In this document: positions 14,542 through 32,624 of the stretch, in pieces
Numbering within the stretch: the stretch's first letter is position 1
How the letters are laid out: each line of letters begins with the position of its first letter
DNA from: the human T2T-CHM13v2.0 reference genome, Homo sapiens
Length of the DNA stretch: 64,000 nucleotides
Strand: one strand, 5' to 3'
Assembly: GCF_009914755.1 (NCBI RefSeq)
Contig: NC_060930.1
Notes under the pieces: model-generated
The model's database searches: none
The model's input: the letters and a program-made list of their open reading frames with translations, nothing else
Told to the model about the DNA's origin: nothing
Made by a program: the position numbers and the translations under genes

Positions 14542-15068
14542 TAATTTTATATTTTTAGTAGAAATGGGGTTTCTCCATGTTGGTCAGGCTGGTCTCGAAC
14601 TCCTGACCTCAGGTGATCCACCCACCTCTGCCTCCCAAAGTGCTGGGATTACAGGTGTGAACTGCTGCGCCCGATCTTGCTCTTTATTTTCTTTGAGGCC
14701 TATCCTCTTCCTAGTTCAAATAATGATTTAAAAAAAAAAAAAGTCAAGTATTTCTCTAATTCTCTAATTTGAGAGTGTTTTAGAACAATAATTATATTAG
14801 TTTTTATGGGTGTCATGGTGAAGAGGTACCGATGTTTTCATTTTTATGGTAAATATAAAGTCAATAGGAACAAAGAACTGGACACTACAAAGCAGGTCCA
14901 AGCCAAAGGAAAGCAAATATCTGTATATTGGCCGGATGTGGTGGCTCACGCCGGTAATCCCAGCACTTGGGGAGGCCGAGGTGGGTGGATCACCTGAGGT
15001 CAGGAATTCGAGATCAGCCTGGCCAACATGGTGAAACCCTGTCTCTACTAAAAATACAAAAAAATTCA

Positions 15069-15260
<192 letters not shown>

Positions 15261-16004
15261 CTAGGTATAGAGCCAGAAGAGCTGCTTATTAAAGTTTGAA
15301 TAGAAGACATACGATGAGATTGGTATGTATACCCTGAGGAAGGTTGTCTGCCTGCCCAGACACATCACCACATTCTAGGTGCTTATCTTCAACTTGATCA
15401 TTTGAATATTAGTATATCCGTAAATGGTTGGTTAAGGCATGTGTGTGTATGTGGTGATGACCAGTTCACATGTTAACCAAACTCACCGTTGACTGAAGTA
15501 TAAAATCCATATGCCAGTTTGTTAATTTATGGTGAGAAATACTATCCTGGGGAAGACCATATACTCTGGTTCACTGATCAGTGCAGTGTTGCATGTAAAT
15601 TACCCTTTTTTTGAAGACAAAATTAGAAGCAGAAGATTTCTTGGTGGATATATGAAAATAAAAGGAATAGGTGATCATAGTAATACACAAATTTGAGGCA
15701 TTTCTTTATTTTTTAGAGAGTTCCTTGTCATATAGACGTGTTCATAGTCTGAATGCTTTCTGCCTTGGTAGTTCTGGCATTGTGCTAAAAATGTTTGCCT
15801 CCGTGATTCTTCCTTTTCCATGCTTCTATTATTGACCATCTGCCTGCCGATTGACCCTTTCAGTTACTATTGTCTAGTCTCTGTTAAGCCACATGTCTCT
15901 TGATTACGTGTATTATTGTTCATTATGGCAGGGTGGGAGTGGAGCAGACAATCTCAAGGTTGCCTCTGTTTATTGCCTGCATGAATGATCCTTATACTTC
16001 TTAG

Positions 16005-16222
16005 GTACCGGGAAGCCAGTGTTGAAGTGATGGAGATAATGTCTCGTTTTGCTGTGATTGAACGTGCCAGCATTGATGAGGCTTACGTAGATCTGACCAG
16101 TGCTGTACAAGAGAGACTACAAAAGCTACAAGGTCAGCCTATCTCGGCAGACTTGTTGCCAAGCACTTACATTGAAGGGTTGCCCCAAGGCCCTACAACG
16201 GCAGAAGAGACTGTTCAGAAAG
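16005..16222 (+). CDS. POLH: DNA polymerase eta exon 4
   Basis: 218 nt, AG/GT; contains catalytic ERASIDEAYVD motif. Confidence 0.97.
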
Positions 16223-16542
16223 GTACTTCCATAGCATCATACTGCTTCTGCTTCCTGCCTTTGGAACCTGCTTTGCTTGGTCATGCTGATTCTCCTTGGA
16301 ATAATTGAAAGGAAACTTAAACTACAGCCTGAATGAATCACAAGGACTCACATGGAAGGATATACAAATTTTCTTATCTTTCCAGGTATATGGCTGTTGA
16401 GAAGCTGTGAAATCTGTATGAAAGTAAATTTCTCTTTAGATATAACTAGGGCAGGTTAGTGTTATCAATAGAAGGCAGAGACCTGGCGCGGTGATTCACG
16501 CTTCTAATCCCAGCACTTTGGGAGGCCGAGGTGGGTGGATCA

Positions 16543-16743
<201 letters not shown>

Positions 16744-17007
16744 CTACAGAGGGAGACTCCGTCTCAAAAAACAAAAAAATCAATAGAAGGCTGACTGAGC
16801 ACTTTGTCATTGGTAGCTTAATTTATATTATTATAACTTAGTGTCTTGGTTTCTTCATATATAAGAAGGGTGAGCTTTTTAAAGGGGGGCCTCAGGTATA
16901 GGGAGTTGAGTGATTCAAAATTTCTAATCACTTCTTAGCACATTATTACATATGGGCTGCACAAGGCCCCTCTCATTGTATTTTGCTACTTTTACCCTTT
17001 ATAGTGA

Positions 17008-17495
<488 letters not shown>

Positions 17496-17569
17496 TAAGT
17501 TACTCAGTATTGCTTTGTCTATGTGCTTTTTAATTACAAGATGATTTTGTGCTATTATAGATCTCATTC

Positions 17570-17870
17570 TTTTTCTTTTTTTTTTTTTGAGACGGAGTCT
17601 CACTCTTTCGCCCAGGCCGGACTGCAGTGGCGCTATCTCGGCTCACTGCAAGCTCCGCCTCCCGGGTTCACGCCATTCTCCTGCCTCAGCCTCCTGAGTA
17701 GCTGGGATTACGGGCGCCCGCCACCGCGCCCGGCTAATTTTTTTGTATTTTTAGTAGAGACAGGGTTTCACCGTGTTAGCCAAGATGGTCTCGATCTCCT
17801 GACCTTGTGATCCGCCCGCCTCGGCCTCCCAAAGTGCTGGGATTACAGGTGTGAGCCACCGTGCCCGGCC
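17570..17870 (-). mobile_element. Young AluY-lineage element
   Basis: CpG-rich with Y diagnostics GCAAGCTCC, TTCACGCCATT, GATCTCCTGACC; extra variants CTTTCGCCCAGGCCGGACTGCAGTGGCGCTATC; TSD-like TCATTCTTTTT on both sides. Confidence 0.85.
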
Positions 17871-19303
17871 TTCATTCTTTTTCTTAATTTTCCTTCAGTA
17901 ATGACCTTAGAGATGTGTCCATGTGGCTGTATTTATTTGTAATTGATGGCTTCGATGGCTGTTACTTGCAGCGTAATCCATGATATGGATCCACCATGGT
18001 TACAGACCATTTTCCCTAGTGACAAATTCATTGGTTGCTTCTAATGTCCTGCTCTAACAGTTTACATTCCCCCTAGCAGTACATAAAAGTTCCTGTTTCC
18101 CCCATATTCTCAACAACAACTGGTATCATCTAATGTTTAAAAATATTTGCCAATATAATGTTTGTTTGTTTTGCTTTAATTTACATTTCTCTGATCACTA
18201 ATTGAGATTGAAGATCTCTTCATACACTTGTAAGCCAGCTGAGTTTCTGCTTCTGTGATTTACTTATTTATAATCTTTGCCCATTTTTCCATGGAAAAAT
18301 GGTAAAATTATTTATTTTTTGATTTGCAAGAGTTCCTTGTATATCCTATCCTAATTATTAGTTCCTTGTCTTTTTTTTTTTTTTGAGATGGAAGTCTCAC
18401 TATGTTGCCCAGGCTGGAGTGCAGTGGCTATCAGTCGCTATTCACAGGTGTGTAATTATGGCTCACTGCAGCCTTGAACTCCTGGGCTCAAACAATCCTC
18501 CCACCTCAGCCTCCAGAGTAGCTAGAACTACAAGTATGTGCCATCATGCCTGGCTAATTTTTAAATTTTTTGTAGAGACAGGGTCTCACTATGTTGCCCA
18601 GGCTTTTATATATTTTTTTCATTTTCTACTTGATTATTGATGTGTTGGGAAATGATAAATGGGTTTTTTTAATGAATTCATTTTTATTTACTTTATCTAA
18701 AAAAAATTGTGATATAATCTGTATGAAGTGTTTTAATAACATGTACTTGAAGGTTAATTTTTTTTTCTTAGATTTGAATAGAATTAGGACAATAAAAACT
18801 TGCTTTTGTGGCTGGGTGCGGTGGCTCACACCTGTAATCCAAGCACTTTGGGAGGCCGAGGTGGGTGGATCATGAGGTCAGGAGTTCAAGACCAGCCTGG
18901 CCAAGATGGTGAAACTTCGTCTTTACCGAAAATACAAAAAAACTAGCTGGGCATGGTAGCATGTGCCTGTAATCCCAGCTATTCGGGAGGCTGAAGCAGA
19001 AAATTCCTTAAACCCGGAAGGAGGAGGATGCAGTGAGCTGAGATCGTACCACTGCACTCCAGCCTCGGCAACAGAGCAAGACTCCATCTTAAAAAAAAAA
19101 AAACAAAAAACTTGCTTTTGTGATAATGTTAGATTATGATAGTCCTAGATTCCAGGTCTAAGAATTTGCATAAGAATGAGGGTTTTTTTTTTGTTTTGGT
19201 TTTTGTTTTTCTTTGAGACAGAGCCACTCTGTCACCCAGGCTGGAGTGCAGTGGCGCAATCTCGGCTCATTGTAACCTCTGCCAGAATGAGGTCTTTTTT
19301 TTA

Positions 19304-19798
<495 letters not shown>

Positions 19799-21088
19799 TT
19801 ATTTTATTTTCTGATCCTGATAATGCAAAGTATGTCAAGCTAGAGGCTGCAGATCCTTTAGTTCTTTGGACAAAATATAATGGACAATAAAGATGTGCCA
19901 CTTATAGAGGAAGCAAAATCATGGTACATAAGCTTTTGATATTTGATATTTTATTATTCTGGGACCAGAGTCAGAAATTTAATTATCATAATAAGAAAGG
20001 TGTTCTTTGGTCTTACCTTTCTGTACCACATCTTATTACATAACTTTCTTTTTTTTTAGTTTCCATATGCAACACTGATTTTTTTGGTGTCACCCAGGCT
20101 GGAATGCAGTTGTGAGATCTTGGCACACTGCAGCCTCCACCTCCAGGGTTCAAGTGATCCTCATGCCTCAACCTCCTGAGTAGCTGGGATTATAGGCATA
20201 TGCCACCATGCTGGCTAAGTTTTGTATTTTTAGTAGAGACGGGGTTTCGCCATGTTGGTCAGGCTGGTCTCAAACTCCTGGCATCAAGTTATCCATCTGC
20301 CTTGGCCTCCCAAAGTGCTGGGATTACAGGCATGAGCCACCGCACCCAGCCTGATTTTTTTTTTTTTTTTAAATATTTGGAATTGGTTTTATAATGCCTT
20401 GAATTTGTGGCTCTTTAAAGTTTATTTGAGAATTACATACTCTTAAAAATTTGTTGAAAGCTATAGACCCTTGCTGGCCTCCGAAAAATTTGTATCTATA
20501 CATAAGACAATTTTGCATGCAGTTTTCAGGAGATTCACAAACCCTCTGAAATCCACATACCTCAGAATTAGAACTAGTCTTACACATTATATTGGTTTTT
20601 GCTGCAGAGCATTGTTGAAGCATTCTATTATCTCTGGCTGAAGATGGTATATACCTTCCTTGGTAGTTGAATGTTAACTCAGATGGACGTGTTCCTCTTT
20701 CTTCTACACTTACTTTTCTTACCTATGTACATTTTTTTATTAAAAATGCCCATGTTTATAGAGAGGTCTATTTCTGTATGTCTTGTGTCTGTTGCATTAG
20801 TGTGTCCAACTTAAATATTAAGCTCCCAGATGCAGTGCCAGCATCTTATTATATGTAATGTTCAGAACAGTGCAATGTCTAGGAAATATTTCATATCATA
20901 TTCCTGAATCTTTGATGTGTGCAACCACAAAAACCTGATAACAGAAATTAGCTGATCTAAGTGGATATAACCTTCCAGAAATCATTTTTCATGGATACAA
21001 TATATTTCAAATCTAAGAAAAGAGGCGAGGTATTTGTAATACCTTGATACTGAGCTTTCCATCAACTTTTCCATCTTGCCTCCTATAA

Positions 21089-21328
<240 letters not shown>

Positions 21329-21934
21329 TAGTAGAGACGGGGTTTCACCGTGTTAGCCAGCATGGTCTCGATCTCCTGACCTCGTGATCTGCCCGCCTTG
21401 GTCTCCCAAAGTGCTGGGATTACAGGCGTCAGCCACTACGCCTGGCCTTGTATTTTCTAAAATAGTTATTTGTGTGTAAAGTTTAAGTAGTAAGATTTAC
21501 TTAAAGTACTTCTCAGAAATTGTCAAGGTGAAACTTTCCCATCATTGCCATTTTGTAACTGGTTTGTTAGCTAAGGGCCTTTTCTTTTCCCTTTGTTTTT
21601 TCTTAATTCATTTCTTTATTATTTTAAAACACAGAGACATGGTCTCACTATGTTGCCCGGGCTGGTCTTGATGAGTTCCTGGCCTCAAGCAATTTTCCCA
21701 CTTCAGCGTCCCAAAGTGCCAGGATTATAGGCGTGAGCCACTGCACCTGGCCTTACAAAACAGTTTTATAATGATTATTTTTGAGATGGGGTCTCACTGT
21801 GTTGCCCATGTTACCTGTGAACTCATGCTCAAGTGATCCTCCCACTTGAGGCTTCCAAGTAGCTGGAACTATCGGCATGTGCCACTGTGTCTGGCTTTAT
21901 CTTATAATGATCATATAATTATTATTAAAGATTA

Positions 21935-22330
21935 TAAAATTCAATGGAAAGATTATACTATCCTCATGTATCAAAAGACTAAATCTTACTAGTGCTCAAT
22001 TCTCCCCAAATTGACGTATAGATTCATTGCAGTCCCTTCCAAAATCCCACAGAAATTGACAAACTGATTCTAAAATTTGTATGGAAATGCAAAGAATGTG
22101 GAGTAGCCAAACAACTTTGAAAAAGAACTAAGTTGGAAGACATACTACCTGATTTCAAGATTTAACTATAAATTTGTAACTAGGGAAGTTTGGTATTGGT
22201 GTGAGAAAATACGTAGATTAATGGTATAGAATAGAAAGTATACAAGTAGATCCCCACTTTTCAGGCTGGGGTGTGTGTGGTGGCAATTCATTTCCACAAA
22301 GGTGCCAAGATAATTCAACAAGAAAAACTC
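21935..22330 (+). mobile_element. Old L1 ORF2 fragment
   Basis: L1-typical AGAAATTGACAAACTGATTCTAAAATTTGTATGGAAATGCAAAG and ACAAAGGTGCCAAGATAATTCAA; degenerate. Confidence 0.75.
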
Positions 22331-22490
22331 TTGGCTGGGCACAGTGGCTCACGCCTGTAATCCCAGCACTTTGAGAGGCCAGGGTGAGCGAATCATGACG
22401 TCATGAGATTGAGACCATCCTGGCCAACATGGTGAGACCCTGTCTCTACTAAAAATACAAAAATTAGCTGGGTGTGGTGGCGCATGCCTA

Positions 22491-22670
<180 letters not shown>

Positions 22671-23875
22671 TTAACACCAGAACTACCTGAAGTATTTCCT
22701 GTAGTCCATTTCATGGTATTGAAGAAAAACCAAAATTTTATAGATTTTTCTTATCAACTAGAGAAAAGGTAAAAAGCATTGTAGGGAAATAAGGGAATTC
22801 TGCTTATCTTCTGTGGTCCCGTTCAGTTAATACAGATAAAGGATTAAATTTAAAAATCTACATTGCCACAGGATTGCAACATTACCCAATCTGGGAAAGC
22901 AATGATGAAAAAAATCTAAAGCAGAGAAAATTTAGCTCTAACTGTTTAAAAAGGTCCAGAAAGTCATACAATTACAGTAAATTATTCATATTTTTGTTTC
23001 CCAAAGCTAATATATACTAGTATAAATTGTTTTAAATGATGGATGTTTTAATAGTATTTATTGTTCTTAATATGTGCAAGCCTTGGTATTTCAGGAAAAC
23101 AGATAATTAAAAAAAAAGCAAAAAATGCGCAAGCCACTGTGCTGAGGAACTTTATTTTTAAAAACTACCTTTTGGCCGGGCACAGTGGCTCACGCCTGTA
23201 ATCCCAGCACTTTGGGAGCCCTTGAGGTCAGGAGTTCAAGACCAGCCTGGCCAACATGGTGAAACCCCATCTCTACTAAAAATACAAAAATTATCTGGGC
23301 CTGAAGGTTCACAGCTGTAGTCCCAGCTACTCCGGAGGCTGAAGCAGGATAATTGCTTGAACCTGGGAGGTGGAGGTTGCAGTGAGCTGCACTCTAGCCT
23401 GGGCAACAGAGCAACTCCGTCTCAAAAAAAATAAAAAATAATAAACTATCTTTTAATCCTCATAACAGCTATATGAAGTGCAGTTTGTAGACAAGGAAAT
23501 TGAAGCTTAGAGAATTATGTAACTTGTCCAAAGTCACATGGTCAGTAGGTTATGAAGCCAATATTTGAACCCTGCTTGACTGCAGAATGTTCTTTTAACA
23601 ATTATGCTCTACTTCTTATGGCCATACATGGTGGTTTACACCTGTAATCCCATCACTTTGTGAGGCCAAGGCTGGGGGCTGGGGAGGTGGGGGGCATATG
23701 GGGGGGGATTGCTTGAGTCCAGGAGTTTGAGACCATCCTTGGTGACATGGTGAAACCCCGTCTCTACAAAAAATACAAATTAGCTGGGCGTGGTGGCATC
23801 TGCCTGTAGTCCTAGCTACTTGGGAGGCCAAGGTAGGAGGATCGCTTGAGCTCAGGAGGCAGAGAATGCCCTGCC

Positions 23876-24692
23876 AAAAGACAGGTTTTTTTTTTTTAGT
23901 TTTTTTTTCTTTTTTGAGGTGGAGTGTCACTCAGCTCACTGCAACCTCCGCCTCCCGGGTTCAAGTGATTCTCCTGTCTCAGCCTCCTGAGTAGCTGGGA
24001 TTACAGGTGTGCACCACCACGCCTGGCTAATTTTTGTATTTGTATTTTTAGTAGAGACGGGGTTTCACCATGGTGGTCAGGCTGGTCTCAAACTCCTGAC
24101 CTTGTGATCTGCCTGCCTTGGCCTCCCAAAGTGCTGAGATTACAGACGTGAACCACCGCACATGGCCCAAAAGATAGTTTTTAAAAATAAAGTTCCTTGG
24201 CCGGGCGCAGTGGCTCATGCCTATAATCCCAGCACTTTGGGAGGCCAAGGCAGGCGGATCACGAGGTCAGAAGATCAAGACTATCCTGGCTAACATGGTG
24301 AAACCCCATCCCTACTAAAAAAAATACAAAAAAATTAGCCGGGCGTGGTTGCAGGCGACTGTAGTCCCAGCTACTTGGGAGGCTGAGGCAGGAGAATGAC
24401 GTGGACTCGGGAGGCTGAGGCAGGAGAATGGCGTGGACCCAGGAGGTGAAGCTTGTGGTGAGCCGAGATCGCTCCACTGCACTCCAGCATGGGCAACAGA
24501 GCGAGATTCTATCTCAAAAATAAATAATTAAATAAATAAAATAAAGTTCCTCAGCACAATGGCTTGCATGTATTTTTCTTTTTTTTTTTAAATTACCTAT
24601 TTTCCTGAAACACCAAGGCTTGCACATATTAAGAACAATGAATACTATTAAAACATCCATCATTTAAAATAATGTATACTAGTATATATTAG
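23876..24692 (-). repeat. Inverted copy of 23007-~23175 unique sequence with associated Alus
   Basis: 24541-24692 plus 24167-24197 is the reverse complement of 23007-23175 with scattered mismatches. Confidence 0.85.
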
Positions 24693-24953
24693 TGAGCCAA
24701 GATCATGCCACTGCACTCCAACCTGGATGACGGAGTGTGACTCTGTCTCAAAAAATAAAACAATTATGTCTACTTCATATTACAGATAAAAGGTAAAGAA
24801 CTTTAATGTGGTACTAGAAAGCTAGCTAGAATAGTTGAAGGAGAGGACTTCATAATAGATAAACTTGCCATAAGCCCTAAAGTATAGATGTGTTTAAGCA
24901 AAGGAAAGAAGAACAGAGTTAAGGGGTAAGAGCTTGCCAGGCGCGGTGGCTCA

Positions 24954-25428
<475 letters not shown>

Positions 25429-25782
25429 TTAGTTATGTTTAGTTGGAAACCATAATTAAAAATTCAAGAAAAGTTCTTCTGTAGGGAGTCAGGAAAAGTT
25501 CTTCTGTAGGGAGGTAGAGCTAAGGGATTAGAGTGTACATTTGGGGATAAAGATTTGTATGTACTCAGAGTAAGATATTTTCAAGGTCCTAAGTCCCAAG
25601 CAACATCTGACTTAAAACAGCTTATCAAGGGAATAAATCTAGTGCCTCGGAGTGGATTTTAAGTTACTCAGCTGGAATCCACCTCTAAAAACATGTAAAT
25701 GTTAAAGCTTATATTGAAGCTTGAGTTAATTCTGAATATTTTCTAATTGAAAAAAATATTCTTGGAGAAGATGTTTAAGTGA

Positions 25783-26181
<399 letters not shown>

Positions 26182-26428
26182 TGATATTAATACAAAATAT
26201 TTGTCGTACATTAGCACTATAAAATTCAGCCTATGCTGAAGCTAAGCTGCGGGAACACTCTGAAGGAGAAATTGAGCTCTCTTATAATTGGTCTTCTAAG
26301 CTGGCTGCCATTTTTTTGTGAAAACTTATATGTCTAAATACCTGTAATCTAAGCATTTCTACATTAGATAGCACAATTAAATAAATAATTTTTTAAATGT
26401 CTAAATGTGAGTTCTTAATTCATTTCAG

Positions 26429-26598
26429 AGGGGATGCGAAAACAAGGCTTATTTCAATGGCTCGATTCTCTTCAGATTGATAACCTCACCTCTCCAGACC
26501 TGCAGCTCACCGTGGGAGCAGTGATTGTGGAGGAAATGAGAGCAGCCATAGAGAGGGAGACTGGTTTTCAGTGTTCAGCTGGAATTTCACACAATAAG
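26429..26598 (+). CDS. POLH: DNA polymerase eta exon 5
   Basis: 170 nt, AG/GT; GMRKQGLFQWLDSL...GFQCSAGISHNK. Confidence 0.97.
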
Positions 26599-27394
26599 GT
26601 GAAGGCTAATAGTAGATTTCAAAGAGAAACATTGATATCCTTAGTCAAATACAGTAGGGACAGTGGGACATTGAAATTATTACACATAGGCCGGGTGCAG
26701 TTTCGCACGCCTATGTGAGTGGATCGCGTGAGCCCAGGAGTTGAAGAGCAGCCTGGGAAACATGTTGAAACCCAGTCTCTACAAAAAATTAGCCAGGCGT
26801 GGTGGTGTACACCTACAGTCCCAGCTACTCAGGAGGCTGAGATGGGAGGATCAGCTGAGTCCAGGAGGTTGAAGCTGCCGTGAGCCGAAATCATACTACT
26901 GTACTTCAGCTTGGGCGACAGTGAGACTGTCACCAAAAAAAAAAAAAAAAAGTTGTTACACATGTACTTTGAATGGATTTCTTTTAAAATTCATGTTGAG
27001 GCCCAAATCAAAGCATAAGTAATTCTTTAACATGGAAATGGACATTAAATATGTACTTTCCTAAGAAGCAAGCTGAAGGCCGGGCATGGGGGCTCACGCC
27101 TGTAGTCCCAGCACTTTCGGAGGCTGAGGCAGGTGGATCACCTGAGGTCAGGAGTTCGAGACCAGCCTGACCAATATGGTAAAACACCATCTCTACTAAA
27201 AATACAAAAAAAAAAAAATTAGCCAGACATGGTGGCGTGCACCTGCAATCCCAGCTACCCGGGAGGCTGAGGCAGGAGAATTGCTTTAACCTGGAAGGTG
27301 GAGGTTCCAGTGAGCCAAGTTGTGCCACTGCACGCCAGCCTGGGCGACAGAGCAAAGACTCCGTCTCAAAAAAAAAAAAAGAAAAAGAAAAGAA

Positions 27395-27620
27395 AAACCA
27401 TACACTATAAGAACAATTTATATAGCATTTACATTGTACGTTATAGGTGTTATAAGAAATTAGAGATGATTTAAAGTATACAGAAGGATATACAAAGGTT
27501 ATATGCAAATACTGCACCATTTTATATTATGGGACTTGATCATTTTATATACGGGACTTGGGGTTTTGGTATCCACTGGAGGTCTTAGAACCAATCCCCT
27601 GCAGATATTGAGAGATGACA
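27395..27620. mobile_element. MER2 (Tigger family) DNA transposon fragment
   Basis: MER2-typical TATAGCATTTACATTGTA...AGAGATGATTTAAAGTATAC...GGTTATATGCAAATACT...AACCAATCCCCTGCAGATA. Confidence 0.75.
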
Positions 27621-27665
27621 GTATTTCCTTAATGACTGAACTGTTTGTTGGAAAAAGGAGGCTAG

Positions 27666-28139
<474 letters not shown>

Positions 28140-29720
28140 TAGACCACTATTTTAATTTAGGGTACACAGACAATTCTCAACAATCCAGGAGCAGAATAAC
28201 TGGTTTTCTGATTAATTATGAATAAAGTGTAGCAAGAGCCCAGGACTTTCATCCCCTTCTGACCAAAGCTCAGTAATTGGGCAGTGGCTGATTTTCCCTG
28301 GTTGATACCTTCTCCGCCTCCCTTCAATACAAGGAAAGTTGCCAAACTACCCATCTGAATTTTTTTGGTGTTTTTTTTTTTCCTGGTTGGATGAAGGGAA
28401 AGGAAACAATAACTTCAATGTAATTTAAACCAGACTAAATGTTGCCTAGTAGAAGTTCTTAACGAATCTCTCTAATGAATTTAATAATTTTATATTTTAA
28501 AACATACAAATATAATTTTTAAATTATATTAAAAAATTAAAAATTATATTTTTATAATTTGCAAAATGATACCATTGAAGTGCTTTTACTCTTAGAAAAG
28601 ATTTCTCTTGGCCGAGTGCGGTGGCTCACACCTGTAATCCCAGCACTTTGGGATCCCGAGGCTGGTGGATCACCTGAGGTTGGGAGTTCAAGACCAGCCT
28701 GACCAATATGGAGAAACTCCGTCTCTACTAAAAATACAAAATTAGCTGGGCATGGTGGCTCATGCCTGTAATCCCAGCTACTCAGGAGGCTGAGGCAGGA
28801 GAATTACTTGAACCCAGGAGGTGGAGGTTGCAGTGAGCTGAGATCATGCCATTGTACTCCAGGCTGGGCAACAAGAGTGAAACTCTGTCTCAAAAAAAAA
28901 AAAAGAAAAAGAGTTCTCTTGGGAGGCTGAGGCGGGTCGACAGATCTCAAGGCCATCCTGGCCAACATGGTGAAACCCCGTATCTACCAAAAATACAAAA
29001 ATTAGCTGGACATGGTGGCGCACACCTGTAGTCCCAGCTACTTGGAAGGCTGAGGCAGGAGAATTGTGTGAACCCGGTGCGGGGGCGGTTGCAGTGAGCC
29101 AAGATCACGCCACTGCCCTCCAGCCTGGTGACAGAGCAAGACTCTGTCTCAAAAAAAAAAAAAGTTCTCAAGGATTTAAGCTTTTTCATTTTTTAAGTGC
29201 TATTTATAAGAAGGTGTTTGTTATTGGAGGGTGGTTTTGAGCCCAATCTCTATAACAGATACTATATTATGATAATTTGTGTTAAATTGGGGACTCAAAA
29301 TGGACCAACTATTAATCAAGAAATGTAAATGGGATAGGGTAAAACAAGTATGTTTCGGCATTTTTGTATAGACATACTGAGAAATGCATCTTGCTTGAGT
29401 TTCTCCTGCAGTTTCTGCTTTTCAAACCTCTTGAAGTAGGAATAGATGGGAAGGAAAAAATGACTAGAGGAAAACAGAATGGGAGAGATGTGGGAAGAAC
29501 AGTGAGGATAATGATATTGCGTCATGTTTCCCACTGGGGATGTTGTGGGATACCAAGTTTTAGAGATGTCTTGAGTTTCTGGTTTTATTTTTGTTTTTAA
29601 TGTAGAAACCATTAGTTACAGCTATTAAGCTCTGTGTGTGTGTATGTTATGTGTATGTTTATATTCACCAACTTTGATGGGTTGACAGTAATGAGGTTTT
29701 TATACTTTGCATGCTTCCAG

Positions 29721-29824
29721 GTCCTGGCAAAACTGGCCTGTGGACTAAACAAGCCCAACCGCCAAACCCTGGTTTCACATGGGTCAGTCCCACAGCTCTT
29801 CAGCCAAATGCCCATTCGCAAAAT
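29721..29824 (+). CDS. POLH: DNA polymerase eta exon 6
   Basis: 104 nt, AG/GT; VLAKLACGLNKPNRQTLV motif. Confidence 0.97.
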
Positions 29825-29983
29825 GTAAGTATTCAGGCAGCATGTTAAATTTCACTTCTATCCATGTGTAGAAACTCTCTGGTTGTAGTTTCTTGTGTTA
29901 CTAATTAAGGACTGGAGCCAGGGGAAATACATACCAGGCAGTTAGAAGGAAAACAACACAGAACATTTTGAAACACACGCTGA

Positions 29984-30235
<252 letters not shown>

Positions 30236-30528
30236 TGATTTGCCCTCCTCAGCCTCCCAAAGTGTTGGGATTACAGGCGTGAGCCACTGCGTCCAGCCAC
30301 GCTGAGACTTTTATTGAACCTTCAATTCTGGGTTATCTGTGGCAGATACTTAATCCTGAATTAAAAAAAAATGAGCCAGGTGTGGTGGCTCACACCTATA
30401 GTCCCAGCACTTTTGGTAGGCCAGGGTGGGTGGATCGCTTGAGCCCAGGAGGTCAAAACCAGTCTAAGCAACATAGTGAGACCCCATCTCTATAAAAAAT
30501 AAATAAATAGGCCGGGTGCGGTGGCTCA

Positions 30529-30789
<261 letters not shown>

Positions 30790-31311
30790 TTAAAAATATA
30801 TAAAAAATAAATAAATAAACCAAGTTTTAGCTAAATGTTTAACTTCCCGCTAGACTTTTTTATTTAAGTCTGTTATTAAGTAACAAATAGGAATTTTACT
30901 TCTTTTCTTTCCTCTAATAGCATATCAAGGTGTTCAGGGCTGCTGAATTTCAGCTCTCAAAGTAGGCATTAGAGAAGAAGCCAAGTCAAATGAACAGGTT
31001 GTGCCTACCAGTTGTGTGGCCTTGACAAGGACTTATAATATTGTAGAAAGGACAAGGTAAAAAGCAATAGTAAAAGTGCTGTCATAAGACTGCATAATTG
31101 ATAAATGAATTGTGCAGTAGAACAAACTTCACAAAAGAAGGGAGTATTTGGAGATGGATTTATAAAAAGGCATGGGATTTTGTTTTGAGATTTGGCAAAA
31201 TTTGGAGAGTCAGACAAAAACAGCAAAGCAGTACTGATTTGGAGAACTTTTTAGCACAAAGAAGGGAAAGTATGAGATATTTTCAGTGAACTGGGACCTA
31301 AAGTAGTTTAG

Positions 31312-31713
<402 letters not shown>

Positions 31714-31821
31714 TAGGTTATGTATTCCTTTTTTTTTTTTTTTTTTTTTTTGAAACAGAGTCTTGCTCTGTCTCCCAGGCTGGAGTGCAGTGGCACAATT
31801 AAGAGCTCACTGCAGCCTTAA

Positions 31822-32019
<198 letters not shown>

Positions 32020-32624
32020 TGACTAATTTTTTTGTATTTTTTTTGTTGAGACAGGGTTTCGCCATGTTGTTCAGACTGTTCTCAAACTCCTGGGCTCAGG
32101 TGATCCACTCGCTTCTGCCTCCCAAGTGCTAGGACTACAGGAGTGAGCCACTGCACCTGGCCTTAATTTTTTTTTGTAGAGTTAGGGTCTTACTTTGTTG
32201 TCCAGGCTGGTCTCAAACTCCTGGACTCAAGCAATCTTCCCGCCTTGGCCTCCCAAAGTGGGATCATAGGTGTGAGCCATTGTGCCTGGCCAGATTATAT
32301 ATTCTTAAGTAAAGTTTTAGCCATGGAAGGGATTTATTTTGTGTTTGGGATTTTAATCCCCAAACAGGACAGCAGGCGTTGTACAATTGAACGTTTTATA
32401 TACAGTTTACTTGATAGTTAATCAAGGACTTTAACCTTTTGGTTATGTTATTTTTAATCTTCTTCTCAAATTCTAACTCCCAGAGTAACTGAATTCCCAG
32501 AATATATGCTCTCATTTGTCCTGAACCTTTTGGAGAGCTGTTTACAAAGTAGAATGTCTTACGTTTGCTGCTAATTAGATAGTTATGATGTGACCTATCA
32601 ATTCTTTGTCTCCTTTGTTATCAG

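Noticed and set aside
24378-24445. ~31-bp internal tandem duplication inside an Alu (also a short one near 12652-12695)
   Set aside because: Common slippage events within Alus, no functional implication
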